Shown here piece after piece: positions 34,134-43,548 of a stretch of DNA of 64,000 nt. Under the pieces are notes generated by a model. That model was not told where the DNA came from. It did no database searches and was given only the letters and a program-made list of their open reading frames with translations. Position numbers and translations under genes: made by a program. Within the stretch, counting starts at the first letter, position 1; every line of letters begins with the position of its first letter. Source of the DNA: Hydrurus foetidus (Eukaryota). The stretch is taken from positions 1 to 64,000 of the forward strand of contig UYFQ01000002.1 of NCBI GenBank assembly GCA_900617105.1. Reading direction: 5' to 3'.

Positions 34134-35188
34134 GTTTGACCAAAGTAACAGCTGCCGATGCGTTGCTGAAGCTCGATGAATTTTCAGACATCATCGACGC
34201 ACGCAGCGAAGCCGAATTTGCCGAAGACCACCTGCCCGGCGCCATCAACTGGCCAAGTCTGAACAACGACGAACGCCAGCTGGTAGGCACTGAATACAAA
34301 CAAATAAGCGCGTTCGATGCCAAAAAACGCGGCGCAGCATTGGTCGCTAAAAACATAGCCCGCCACCTTGAGCGCGACGTCATCAACAAACCGCGTGACT
34401 GGCAGCCGCTGGTGTACTGCTGGCGCGGCGGCAAACGCAGCGGCTCGCTGGCATTGATTCTTGACCAAATTGGTTTTAACGTTACGCTGGTCGACGGCGG
34501 CTACAAAGCTTTCAGAGCCGCGCTGGTGGCTGACTTGCCGCAGCTGGCTGCGCAATTTGACTACCGCGTGATTTGCGGCACGACTGGATCTGGCAAAACG
34601 CGGCTGTTGCAAGCATTGGCAACGCAAGACGCGCAAGTGTTGGATCTGGAGGCGCTGGCTAACCACCGCTCGTCAGTACTCGGCGTGATACCGGGCTTGC
34701 CGCAACCCACGCAAAAAGCGTACGACAGTTTGATTTGGGCAGCGCTTAAAAGCTTTGACGCATCGCGTCCCGTGTACATCGAAAGCGAAAGCAAAAAAGT
34801 CGGCAACGTGGCCATACCGGAGGGCTTGATTACCGCCATGCGCGCGGCGCCGTGCTTGCAGCTTGATTTGAGTGAAGACGAACGGGTTGAGCTGCTGCTT
34901 GAAGACTACGACTTTTTCGTGAAAGACATCGAGTTTTTCTGCGACCGCCTGGGCGCACTCACCCGAGCGCGCGGCAAAGACGTGGTCACAGACTGGCAAA
35001 CCCGCTCACGTAGCGGCGACGTCGCTGGCGTGGTGCACGAATTGCTCGTCAACCATTACGACCCGGTGTATTTGCAGTCGATGCAGCGCAATTTTGCGCA
35101 GTACCCAACTGCCACACCCATCGCGCCTGCCAACCGCAGTGTGGCGGCGATGCAGGTGCTGGCCAAGCGCGTACTTTTACAAACGTAA
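34130..35188 (+). CDS. selU: tRNA 2-selenouridine synthase
   Basis: Rhodanese YCWRGGKRS; GTTGSGKT; LANHRSS. Confidence 0.92.
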   Translation: MSLTKVTAADALLKLDEFSDIIDARSEAEFAEDHLPGAINWPSLNNDERQLVGTEYKQISAFDAKKRGAALVAKNIARHLERDVINKPRDWQPLVYCWRGGKRSGSLALILDQIGFNVTLVDGGYKAFRAALVADLPQLAAQFDYRVICGTTGSGKTRLLQALATQDAQVLDLEALANHRSSVLGVIPGLPQPTQKAYDSLIWAALKSFDASRPVYIESESKKVGNVAIPEGLITAMRAAPCLQLDLSEDERVELLLEDYDFFVKDIEFFCDRLGALTRARGKDVVTDWQTRSRSGDVAGVVHELLVNHYDPVYLQSMQRNFAQYPTATPIAPANRSVAAMQVLAKRVLLQT

Positions 35189-35191
35189 AAC

Positions 35192-35226
35192 GCTATTAAT
35201 ACGGGAGCTGCTCGCGCCCGTATTTA
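35192..35226 (-). repeat. Truncated repeat copy
   Basis: GCTATTAATACGGGAGCTGCTCGCGCCCGTATTTA. Confidence 0.75.
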
Positions 35227-35253
35227 AACGTCAAAAGCTCTTCAGTTAAGCCT

Positions 35254-35946
35254 TTACTTACCCTGCAAAGCTGCCACCACATGGCTGGCCACCAGCGCAC
35301 TTGATTGCGGGTTTTGCCCGGTAATCAAGTTGCCGTCACGCACCGCATACGGCTGCCACATCGGGCCGTTTTCAAAGGTGCCGCCGAGCTCTTTCATGCG
35401 GGTTTCCAGATGAAAAGGCACCACGTCCATCAGCGCTGCGGCGGTTTCTTCCTCATTGGTAAAGCCGTTGACTTTTTTACCAAACAAAATGCTTTTACCG
35501 TCAGCGCGCAGCGCTTTTACCAAGCCCGCTGGGCCGTGGCATACCGCTGCTGTCGGCTTGCCTGCGTTGAAGGTGTCGGACACCAACTGAGCTGTGGCGC
35601 CGTCGTTCGCGGTGTCCCACATCGTGCCGTGTCCACCGGGCAAAAATACGGCGCTAAAGGCTTCTGCTTTAACTGCCGAAGTCTTGTGCGTGGCGTTGAA
35701 TTTGGCCATTGCTACCGCGTCGTTTAAAAAGCGCTTGACTGTGCCTTCGTTGTCGTCAGCCACGGCTTTCACTGACTCAGCCGCAAACGGCGGTTTGCCG
35801 CCCAAAGGTGACGCCATGACCACATCAAAGCCGGCGTCAACCAGCGCGTAATACGGCGTGGTCAGCTCTTCAGCCCACAGGCCGGTAGGTTTGCCGGTGT
35901 CGCCCAGCTGGGCGTGGCTGGTGATGATCATTAAAACGGGTTGCAT
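35254..35946 (-). CDS. DJ-1/PfpI (Hsp31-like) protein
   Basis: PGGHG, AVCHGP, ITGQNP. Confidence 0.9.
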   Translation of the reverse strand: MQPVLMIITSHAQLGDTGKPTGLWAEELTTPYYALVDAGFDVVMASPLGGKPPFAAESVKAVADDNEGTVKRFLNDAVAMAKFNATHKTSAVKAEAFSAVFLPGGHGTMWDTANDGATAQLVSDTFNAGKPTAAVCHGPAGLVKALRADGKSILFGKKVNGFTNEEETAAALMDVVPFHLETRMKELGGTFENGPMWQPYAVRDGNLITGQNPQSSALVASHVVAALQGK

Positions 35947-36078
35947 AAAAAATTCCTTTTTGCATTCAAGGCAAAAGCGCCAATGGGTTAACTTTATTCC
36001 TGCTATTGCTGAAGTAAATAGCTAATAAATTACATTACTCAGTACGTCATGTAACAAATAAAATGCAGCACAAACACC

Positions 36079-36981
36079 ATGCAAAGCAACGCCACACAGC
36101 TCACCACCATCGCGCTTTTTTGCAAATCGGCCGAGCTGGGCAGCTTTTCAAGCGCGGCGCAAGCGATGGGCTTGACGCCAGCCGCCGTCAGCCGGGGCGT
36201 AGGGCGACTTGAAGACCGGCTGGGCGTCAAACTTTTCAGGCGCACCACGCGCAGCATGCAACTCACCGACGACGGGCGAACTTACTTTGAGCAGTGCCGC
36301 AGCGCCATAGCGCAAATTGACGATGCTGAAAAAAACATCACCGGCCAGCACGGCGAGCCGCGCGGCCTGCTGCGCATCAGCGCGCCCACCACCTACGCGC
36401 ACTACCGGCTGCTGCCCCGCCTGGCTGACTTTAAAAGCCGCTACCCGCTGGTTGAACTGGACATTAACATTTCGAACCGCAACATTGATTTTGTTGAAGA
36501 AGGCTACGACGTGGCCATTCGCTTGGGCACCCCGCCCGACTCACGCCTGATTGCGCGCAAGCTCGAAGACGCGCGAATGGGGGTCTACGCCTCGCCCGCT
36601 TACTTAAAAAAGCAAGGCATGCCGCAGTCGCTGGACGACTTGAAAAACCGCCGCGCGCACACGCTGCTGCCCTTTGTGCTGCCCAGCACGGGCAAGCTGC
36701 TGCCGTGGATTTTTATGGACGGCAGCACGCCGATCGACCTGATGCCCACCAGCCATGTGCGCGTGCTAGATGACCCGCTGGGCTGCGCCGTGCTGGCGGC
36801 CAGCGGCATGGGCTTGGTGCAAACCTACAGCTGGATTGCTGGCAGCTACGGCAAGCAGCTGGTAGAAGTGCTCAAACCCTTTGCCGGCTGCACGCGGCCG
36901 TTTTACTTGCTGTACCCGCAGAACAGGCACCTGTCCGCTACGGTACGTGCGCTGGTTGATTTTTTGGCGCCGACTCGCTAA
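36079..36981 (+). CDS. LysR-family regulator
   Basis: GSFSSAA...LFRRTTR HTH; divergent from the DJ-1 gene. Confidence 0.93.
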   Translation: MQSNATQLTTIALFCKSAELGSFSSAAQAMGLTPAAVSRGVGRLEDRLGVKLFRRTTRSMQLTDDGRTYFEQCRSAIAQIDDAEKNITGQHGEPRGLLRISAPTTYAHYRLLPRLADFKSRYPLVELDINISNRNIDFVEEGYDVAIRLGTPPDSRLIARKLEDARMGVYASPAYLKKQGMPQSLDDLKNRRAHTLLPFVLPSTGKLLPWIFMDGSTPIDLMPTSHVRVLDDPLGCAVLAASGMGLVQTYSWIAGSYGKQLVEVLKPFAGCTRPFYLLYPQNRHLSATVRALVDFLAPTR

Positions 36982-37039
36982 TAATCAAGATTCGCGTGGG
37001 AAGTTACCCTCAAAAATCGCGACAGCGTGCCGATTAAAC

Positions 37040-37082
37040 GCTATCAAATAAAGAGCTGCTAGCGCCCGAATTTATTGATCTA
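37040..37082 (-). repeat. 43-bp repeat copy
   Basis: GCTATCAAATAAAGAGCTGCTAGCGCCCGAATTTATTGATCTA. Confidence 0.8.
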
Positions 37083-37119
37083 GAGCATTAAAACACTCAT
37101 AACCAAAGTCAAAAACGCT

Positions 37120-38541
37120 ATGACCCACATCGAAACCGACTACCTCATCATTGGCGCAGGCGCTGTGGGCTTGGCGTTTGCCGACACGCTGCTGGCTGAA
37201 ACTGATGCGCACATCACCATCATTGACAGGCACGGTAAACCCGGTGGCCACTGGAACGATGCTTACCCATTTGTGGCGCTGCACCAGCCGTCGGCTTTTT
37301 ATGGCGTCAATTCAATGCCGTTGGGCACCAACCGCAAGGACACTTTTGGCTCAAACGAAGGTTGCTACGAACTGGCCTCGGGTGCTGAAGTCACCAGCTA
37401 CTTCGACAAAGTGATGCACCAAACGTTGCTGCCCAGTGGCCGCGTCAACTACCACCCGATGTGTGACTATGTGGGCAGCTTTGAAAATGGGGGCAAATTT
37501 GTGTCAATCTTGTCGGGGATAGCGACACAAGTCACGGTGCGCAAAAAAACGGTTGATGCCACCTACTACGGCACCACCGTGCCCGCTACGCACACACCCA
37601 AGTACAAGGTAGCAAGCGATGCGTGGCTCGTCACGCCGACCGGCTTGGCGCAAATCTGGCAGAGCAAACAAAAAAAGCCAAAGCACTTTGCCATTTTGGG
37701 CGCAGGCAAAACCGCGATGGACGTGGGCGTGTGGCTGATCAACTCCGGCGCTGCGCCCGACAGCATCAGCTGGGTGATGCCGCGAGATTCTTACCTCGTC
37801 AATCGGTTAACCACTCAGCCTGGCGCTGAGTTTTTTAACCAGGCCATTGGCAGCCAGGCAGAACAGATGGAGGCGTTTGCCAAAGCGACGTCGATAGATG
37901 ATTTGTTCGAACGGCTTGAAGCCTGCGAGGCGATGCTGCGAATCTTTCCCGACCACAAACCCAGCATGTTTCACTACGCGACGATGTCCAAAGGCGAAAT
38001 TGAGGTGCTGCGAAAAATTAAAAACGTGATTCGGCTGGGGCATGTGCAAGCGGTTGAGCGTAACGCGCTGGTATTGGCTCAGGGCAGCGTGCCATTGCCT
38101 GAAGACACGGTGTGTATTGACTGCACCGCTTCCGCCGTTGAAAAGCGCCCTTCTGTGCCCACGTTTGCCGGCAACAAGATAACGCTGCAAATGGTGCGCA
38201 TACCGCAGCCCGCCTTTAGCGCCGCGCTGGTAGCGTTTGTTGAAGCCCACTATGACGACGAAGCGGTCAAAAACAAGCTGTGTGCGCCTGTGCCTTTGCC
38301 CGACGACCTGGCCAGCTACCTGCCCACCACCCTGGCCAGCATGATGAACCAGTTTTCATGGGGCCAGGACAAGCAGCTACGCAACTGGATTCACAATTCG
38401 CGGCTAGACGGCTTTGGCAAAGTGATCGCGTCGGTTGACCCGGCGGATCTTGAGAAAATGGCGATTTTAGAAAAGTTTAAAACCTACGCCAAGGCAGCGA
38501 CAGGCAACATACACAAACTGATGGCAAGTGCTGCGGCGTGA
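37120..38541 (+). CDS. FAD/NAD(P)-dependent oxidoreductase
   Basis: IGAGAVG, GGHW, LGAGKTAMD. Confidence 0.8.
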   Translation: MTHIETDYLIIGAGAVGLAFADTLLAETDAHITIIDRHGKPGGHWNDAYPFVALHQPSAFYGVNSMPLGTNRKDTFGSNEGCYELASGAEVTSYFDKVMHQTLLPSGRVNYHPMCDYVGSFENGGKFVSILSGIATQVTVRKKTVDATYYGTTVPATHTPKYKVASDAWLVTPTGLAQIWQSKQKKPKHFAILGAGKTAMDVGVWLINSGAAPDSISWVMPRDSYLVNRLTTQPGAEFFNQAIGSQAEQMEAFAKATSIDDLFERLEACEAMLRIFPDHKPSMFHYATMSKGEIEVLRKIKNVIRLGHVQAVERNALVLAQGSVPLPEDTVCIDCTASAVEKRPSVPTFAGNKITLQMVRIPQPAFSAALVAFVEAHYDDEAVKNKLCAPVPLPDDLASYLPTTLASMMNQFSWGQDKQLRNWIHNSRLDGFGKVIASVDPADLEKMAILEKFKTYAKAATGNIHKLMASAAA

Positions 38542-38545
38542 ACGC

Positions 38546-38588
38546 GCTATGTATTCAGTAGCTGCTTGCGCCCGTATTTATTGGGCTA
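38546..38588 (-). repeat. 43-bp repeat copy
   Basis: GCTATGTATTCAGTAGCTGCTTGCGCCCGTATTTATTGGGCTA. Confidence 0.9.
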
Positions 38589-38618
38589 CAGGCACTTTTA
38601 ATCATTTTTAGAGGCTTT

Positions 38619-39821
38619 TTAGAGACAATTTAGTGCCTGCGCCAAGTCAGCCCGCAAGTCTGCCACCGCCTCTAGCCCAACTGAAAACCGCACAAACCCA
38701 CCCTTGTGCGCCCAGCCCAATGTGCGCACGGCAGCAATGTCATACGGCACCACCAAGCTCATGGGCCCGGCCCAGCTGTAGCCCAGTTTGAAGAGCTTCA
38801 GGCTGTCGCAAAACTGGTCAACTTTCGCTTGGCTGAGCTCAGGCTTAAACGCCACGCTAAACAAACACGCCGCCGCCGTACAGTCGCGCGCCCACACGGC
38901 GTGCCCCGGTGAGCCTGGCAGCGCAGGGTGAAACACTTTTTCAATTTGCGGCTGCGTTTGCATCCAGGCTGCCAGCTCACGCGTGGCGGCGTCTTGCGCC
39001 GCGTAGCGCAGCACGATTGAATTTAAGCCCCGCAAAATCAGCTCAGCATCATTGCCCGCCACGCCGTAACCCGTGCGCATGTGGCACATGTGAATTTTTT
39101 GATGCAGCGCCGCGTTTTGCGTCACGACTGAGCCCATCAACACATCTGCCCCACCGCTGGGGTACTTGGTCAGCGCGTGGGCTGAAATGTCAGCGCCCAA
39201 CGCAAACGCATTAAAAGCAATGCCCGCGCCCCAGGTGTTATCTAGCGCAGTAACGATGCCTTGCGCGTGGCAATCAGTGTGTGCTTTGACCGCGGCAACC
39301 AGCGCAGGCAAATCAGGAAACTCCAGCGTGATGCTGCCCGGTGCTTCAAGCCACACCAGCCGGGTTTTGGCGCTGAGCTTGGAGGCCAAATCGGCCGGGT
39401 TCATGGGGTCGTAAAACCGGTGCGTGATGCCCCACGCCGCCAACTCGCCATCGGCAAAAGCTTTGTTCGGGCCATATGCGTTGTCGGGTATCAGCAGCTC
39501 GTCGCCCGACTTGAGCAGCGCCATGCCCACCAGCACCACGGCCGCCAAACCGCTGGGCACCAGCGTGCAGTATTTACCGCCTTCCAGCGTGGCAATGCGC
39601 TCTTCCAGCAAGAAGGTGGTGGGAGTGCCGTGCAGACCGTAGGTATAGCCAGTTTTGTGCTGCCAGTCGCGCTGGCGCAGCGCCGCAACGCTGGGGAAGA
39701 TAACGGTCGATGCGCGGTAAATGGCCGGCGGTACAGCTGTAAAACCCGTGGGTGGTTGGTACGGGTGGTGAATTTGCTGGGTCGAAATGTCGGCTTGTGC
39801 TGGGTGGGGTTTATCGCTCAT
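38619..39821 (-). CDS. metC: Cystathionine beta-lyase
   Basis: YGLHGTPT, DNTW, ALTKYPSG (PLP Lys), LGYSWAG. Confidence 0.88.
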   Translation of the reverse strand: MSDKPHPAQADISTQQIHHPYQPPTGFTAVPPAIYRASTVIFPSVAALRQRDWQHKTGYTYGLHGTPTTFLLEERIATLEGGKYCTLVPSGLAAVVLVGMALLKSGDELLIPDNAYGPNKAFADGELAAWGITHRFYDPMNPADLASKLSAKTRLVWLEAPGSITLEFPDLPALVAAVKAHTDCHAQGIVTALDNTWGAGIAFNAFALGADISAHALTKYPSGGADVLMGSVVTQNAALHQKIHMCHMRTGYGVAGNDAELILRGLNSIVLRYAAQDAATRELAAWMQTQPQIEKVFHPALPGSPGHAVWARDCTAAACLFSVAFKPELSQAKVDQFCDSLKLFKLGYSWAGPMSLVVPYDIAAVRTLGWAHKGGFVRFSVGLEAVADLRADLAQALNCL

Positions 39822-39873
39822 CAATCAATGTTAAACGCTGACTGGCAAAAAGGTGCCAAGACCACTCGTGTAG

Positions 39874-40329
39874 CTACGCCGCAGGAAAGCGGTGGTACAT
39901 AAAAAATTCCGCGTCCCGGCGCCAGCCTTGCGCCTCGTAAAGAGCTTGGCCTGCCGCGTTGTCAATTGCAACGTTGAGCGTGACCCACGCAGCCCCTTCA
40001 GCCCAAGCGAACCCCTCTACCGCAGCCAACAACTTTGACGCCACGCCTTTTCGCCGCCCTTCTTCGCGAACAAACAAGTCGTTAAGAACGAAAACCCTTG
40101 CCAGCGATGTAGACGAAAAGCTCGGGTACAACTGCGCAAACCCCAGCGGCGCCAAACCCTCATGCGCCATGAAGACGATGGACTCCAAACGCTCGACACG
40201 CTGCTGCAGAAACAACCGGTCGCCGGGCAAATCGCTTTCTTTCCCTTGAAAAACGCGGTACTGGTCGAACAGCAGCGTCAGCTCATCAAGGTCAGCGGCA
40301 ATTGCTTTGCGGACAGTGATATTGCTCAT
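39874..40329 (-). CDS. GNAT acetyltransferase
   Basis: FAQLYPSFSS, LNDLFV, RRKGVA, AGQALYE. Confidence 0.85.
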   Translation of the reverse strand: MSNITVRKAIAADLDELTLLFDQYRVFQGKESDLPGDRLFLQQRVERLESIVFMAHEGLAPLGFAQLYPSFSSTSLARVFVLNDLFVREEGRRKGVASKLLAAVEGFAWAEGAAWVTLNVAIDNAAGQALYEAQGWRRDAEFFMYHRFPAA

Positions 40330-40364
40330 GTTTCGTGAAGTTGATTCGGTTGCGACAACTAACC

Positions 40365-40739
40365 TTACTTTGCGATACGACCTGCCTGCACCTGCTGCAG
40401 CAACCACACCGAGCTGAGAACCGGCGGTTTATCGGCGCACTTGACCCGATACGGCTCACCCGATGTGCTGCTCTTGCTTGCAGCAACGGCGATGAACTCC
40501 TCAGCGGTTTTAAGAGACGCCTTCTTCTCGGCATAGTCAAGCTTTTTTTGCAGGTGTTCTCGCGCCTGCGCGCCGATGTACCACTTCCCATTCCGGTTAA
40601 ATTTGCAGCCTGAGGCCTCTAGCCGTGCAAGCGCACTGGCAACCTCAGCCCTGGCAACAGGTGGCATCGGTTCGGCCGACGCGGCCAGCGACGCGAGGAG
40701 CAGCGTCAACAACATCGAAAGGTGTTTGAGTGTGGACAT
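40365..40739 (-). CDS. Secreted YfeK/DUF5329-like protein
   Basis: Signal peptide; SGCKFNRNGKWY...HLQKK...ASKSSTSGEPY. Confidence 0.75.
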   Translation of the reverse strand: MSTLKHLSMLLTLLLASLAASAEPMPPVARAEVASALARLEASGCKFNRNGKWYIGAQAREHLQKKLDYAEKKASLKTAEEFIAVAASKSSTSGEPYRVKCADKPPVLSSVWLLQQVQAGRIAK

Positions 40740-40840
40740 AGTGGCAGTGTGCGGCCTGACGCCAAAGCCGCGCAGCAAGTTCATCACAGATGCATGGAAC
40801 TGGTTGTAATCTGTGATTTCAATGAGAGCTGACCGCCCAC

Positions 40841-41245
40841 TTATTTCGTCAGTTCGATGGCAACACTGACGCTGCTGAGCGGCCGACCTGACCCGGCAAC
40901 CATTGCATCGAATCTCGGCCCCGAGCGATAAGAACCAGCTACGCGGAACAGCTCTTTGTAATCCCACTGATTGACGTTCGTCTTTATGAACACCGGCACC
41001 CTGCCCAGGGTTGAAGCAAGCAAGTTTGCTGCTTTGACCCTGACCGGGCCAACACCGCACAGAAACTCTCTTGGTGCTTTTGCATTCAGATCCATTCTGA
41101 TGCACAACGCGACAACCGCGCCATTGAGGGTTGGAATCGCTGATCGCTTGCTGCCCCCAACCGCAGCATGAATCTGATCCCGTGTGTATGTTGCTCCCAG
41201 CTCAAAGTTCAGCGTTGGAGGATTTCGCGGTGGGGTCGTGACCAT
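40841..41245 (-). CDS. Hypothetical protein, possibly SRA/PUA-like
   Basis: FELGATYTRDQIHAAVGG N-terminus. Confidence 0.5.
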   Translation of the reverse strand: MVTTPPRNPPTLNFELGATYTRDQIHAAVGGSKRSAIPTLNGAVVALCIRMDLNAKAPREFLCGVGPVRVKAANLLASTLGRVPVFIKTNVNQWDYKELFRVAGSYRSGPRFDAMVAGSGRPLSSVSVAIELTK

Positions 41246-41250
41246 GGTTT

Positions 41251-41284
41251 GTTAGGCCTCAACGTTTGACATGAAGGGTTAGGC
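41251..41284 (-). other. Internally deleted attC-like site
   Basis: Minus strand GCCTAAC-CCTTCATGTCAAAC-GTTGAGGC-CTAAC between two small ORFs. Confidence 0.45.
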
Positions 41285-41298
41285 GAAACCGCGGTGCT

Positions 41299-41679
41299 TT
41301 AGAAGCTGAGGCTCGCTGCACCCGTCTTAAGCCGCTCGTGCATTGCGCTGGCGCCCTGGATGGTTACGCCGTCGATGAGGTCTTCTTGGGTGTAGCCACG
41401 AGCCTTGACGCAAGGGGGGCATGCCCAGATGGTGCCTCCCCGCGCTAAGAAGTCTTCCATCAGCTTCTTCAGCGGGTCCAATGGCGGGACGTGCGTGACG
41501 TCAACAGCCTTGCGTCGCGCCAAGTCGACGGCCGAGCTGACCAAGAACGCGTAGACCTTCATTCCCGATGTAATTCCGCCGCATGCAATTGTGAATGCCA
41601 CTGACGATAGTTCGTGATCGGTTCCGCGAGTCAGCATGACAACCAATTCGCGATCGGCTTGGGTGGTGGGCTCAGACAT
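41299..41679 (-). CDS. DsrE-family protein
   Basis: IWACPPCVKARG motif. Confidence 0.8.
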   Translation of the reverse strand: MSEPTTQADRELVVMLTRGTDHELSSVAFTIACGGITSGMKVYAFLVSSAVDLARRKAVDVTHVPPLDPLKKLMEDFLARGGTIWACPPCVKARGYTQEDLIDGVTIQGASAMHERLKTGAASLSF

Positions 41680-42123
41680 GGATGCTCTCCTGTTCAGGTG
41701 ATGGGTGACCGGCAAAACCGGAAGAACCAGCATATACCTTTCTTACCAGTACGGCTACCTTGAACACAGGGGTAAGGGTTGGAGTCGACGTGCTTGTTCC
41801 GTCCTCGACACGGCGCATGCCGGAAGCATCGCTCCAACTGCGATGTGCGGTTTTGACGAGGTGCTTGTGACGTCTGACGTGATGTAGGCCGCAAAGCCTG
41901 CGGTATGACTTGGTGGTTTTTTCCGACAAAACCGCTATTTACGCAAGCCGGACCTGAACAGTTTGCTCTATCAAAAATAGCGGCAAACCCGGCAGGTCTT
42001 AAAGCGTAAATTCTGGACTGTATGCATGTAATTTTTACTGCCTGCGCGATCTGAACACTTGGAAAACCAAAAAAAGACTCACAAATCCGTTTTTTGATGC
42101 TTTTTGCACATGAAGAATGCCTT

Positions 42124-42166
42124 TGTCCCAATAAATACGGGCGCGAACAGCTCCTAAATAAATAGC
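42124..42166 (+). repeat. 43-bp repeat copy
   Basis: TGTCCCAATAAATACGGGCGCGAACAGCTCCTAAATAAATAGC. Confidence 0.85.
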
Positions 42167-42168
42167 GA

Positions 42169-42429
42169 TTAACGTTGCGCAGCTAGCCCGTTCAAGTGCG
42201 GCAAGCATTCCCGTACCAAATGTTCAATCAGCTCCGCCTGCGCCAGGTCCTTGGATTTTTTCAGCGGGTTGCACCGCAGGTCTTCAGGCAGCTCCCGCTT
42301 CATACTGGCAAAGTCCAGCGGGTGCGCTGTACGCATACGCGCCATGCCGCCATTGATGCCGATCACAACCTGGCCAAAGCGTGGCACAGACAACAGCTTT
42401 TGCGCCATCGATGCCCGGACATGCCACAA
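42169..42429 (-). pseudogene. C-terminal fragment of a nucleotidyltransferase-like (GSU2403-type) protein
   Basis: GMARMRTAHPLDFASMK...PLKKSKDLAQA; no N-terminal part visible. Confidence 0.45.
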
Positions 42430-42574
42430 GTCGCGTCTTCAAACGTTAGCTGCAACGGGTGCTCTGACGTATCTTCAAGGTAAAAGTGCACGCACTGGTT
42501 TTCACCTTGAAGAAATGTTAATTTTCAGGAGCTAGCTAAAGGTCTAAATCAGACCTGCAGTTTTACCAACAAAA

Positions 42575-42596
42575 AACACAACATAAGTGTTATAAT
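42575..42596 (+). promoter_or_regulatory. hicAB -10 box with operator palindrome
   Basis: AACAC-N7-GTGTT overlapping TATAAT. Confidence 0.55.
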
Positions 42597-42604
42597 TTCA
42601 TGAA

Positions 42605-42784
42605 ATGAACTCGAAACAAATGAAAAAGTGACTGGAGCAGCAAGGTGCCACCTTTCAGCCGGGCAATGGTTCACATTTGAAAGTCTTTTTAAATGGCAAA
42701 CAGTCTGCACTGCCGATGCATGGCACGGCTGAGCTGGGCAAAGGGCTTGAAGCTGCCATCAAACGCCAGCTTGGATTGAAATAG
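42605..42784 (+). pseudogene. hicA: HicA toxin with a nonsense codon
   Basis: MNSKQMKK*LEQQGATF...GSHLKV...LPMHG...IKRQLGLK; TGA at 42629-42631. Confidence 0.8.
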
Positions 42785-42793
42785 GAAACCACC

Positions 42794-43210
42794 ATGTTTA
42801 ACTACCCCGTGACGCTAACCCCGGATGACGGTACTGTTCTGGTAACTTTTGCAGATGTACCCGAGGCCATCACCTTTGGTGCAGATGAGCAAGAAGCGCT
42901 AATGCAGGCCATCGACGCGCTTGAGACTGGCCTGTCGTTTTATGTGGACGCACGCCAGCCGCTGCCTGTGCCCAGCAAGGCCAAACGCGGCCAGAAAACT
43001 GTCAGCCCCAGTGCACTGGAATGCGCCAAGCTTGGCGTCTATAAGGCCATGACGGACCAAGGCATTCGCAAAGCCGAACTGGCACGCCGCCTCGGCTGGC
43101 ACATGCCACAGGTTGATCGACTTTTTGACTTGCGCCATGCATCGAAGTTTGAACAGCTTGAGACGGCGGCGGCGGTGTTGGGTAAGCGACTGGTGTTGAG
43201 TCTTGAGTGA
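42794..43210 (+). CDS. hicB: HicB antitoxin
   Basis: VTFADVPEAITFG...; C-terminal HTH KAELARRL. Confidence 0.9.
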   Translation: MFNYPVTLTPDDGTVLVTFADVPEAITFGADEQEALMQAIDALETGLSFYVDARQPLPVPSKAKRGQKTVSPSALECAKLGVYKAMTDQGIRKAELARRLGWHMPQVDRLFDLRHASKFEQLETAAAVLGKRLVLSLE

Positions 43211-43368
43211 GGAGTCTGTGATGACTCCGGGAGCGCTGCGACCGCTCGATCAGCGGAGCCTCGCTGGTTTTTTAAATGTGATTGAGCGGAATCCTAAGGC
43301 CGGGCTAAATGCGCTTGGCTAATTGAGAATAATTGATGTCTATCCACGATTGTTCATCGCTCGAAGTT

Positions 43369-43482
43369 GTAGGTGCCATGATTTGAGGCGTTGCCCGCGT
43401 CAACAGTTGGCAACTGGTCACGCGCAACACGAAAGACTTTCCGCCGGAATGGGCTGGGATTCGGTTGCCTTATGTGATTTAA
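43369..43482 (+). pseudogene. VapC/PIN C-terminal remnant
   Basis: AMI*GVARVNSWQLVTRNTKDFPPEWAGIRLPY; TGA at 43384-43386. Confidence 0.6.
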
Positions 43483-43548
43483 ATTAATCGAGTGATTTGA
43501 TTGGAATCTGAACCCGATGAATCCCCTTAATGCTCGCTGATTGATCCC

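Noticed and set aside
41965..42007. Possible degenerate repeat copy
   Set aside because: Only the GCT...ATAGC half matches, so it was not counted.
43225..43270. SAH riboswitch-like core GAGCGCTGCGAC
   Set aside because: No downstream pseudoknot partner visible and no SAH/Met gene follows.
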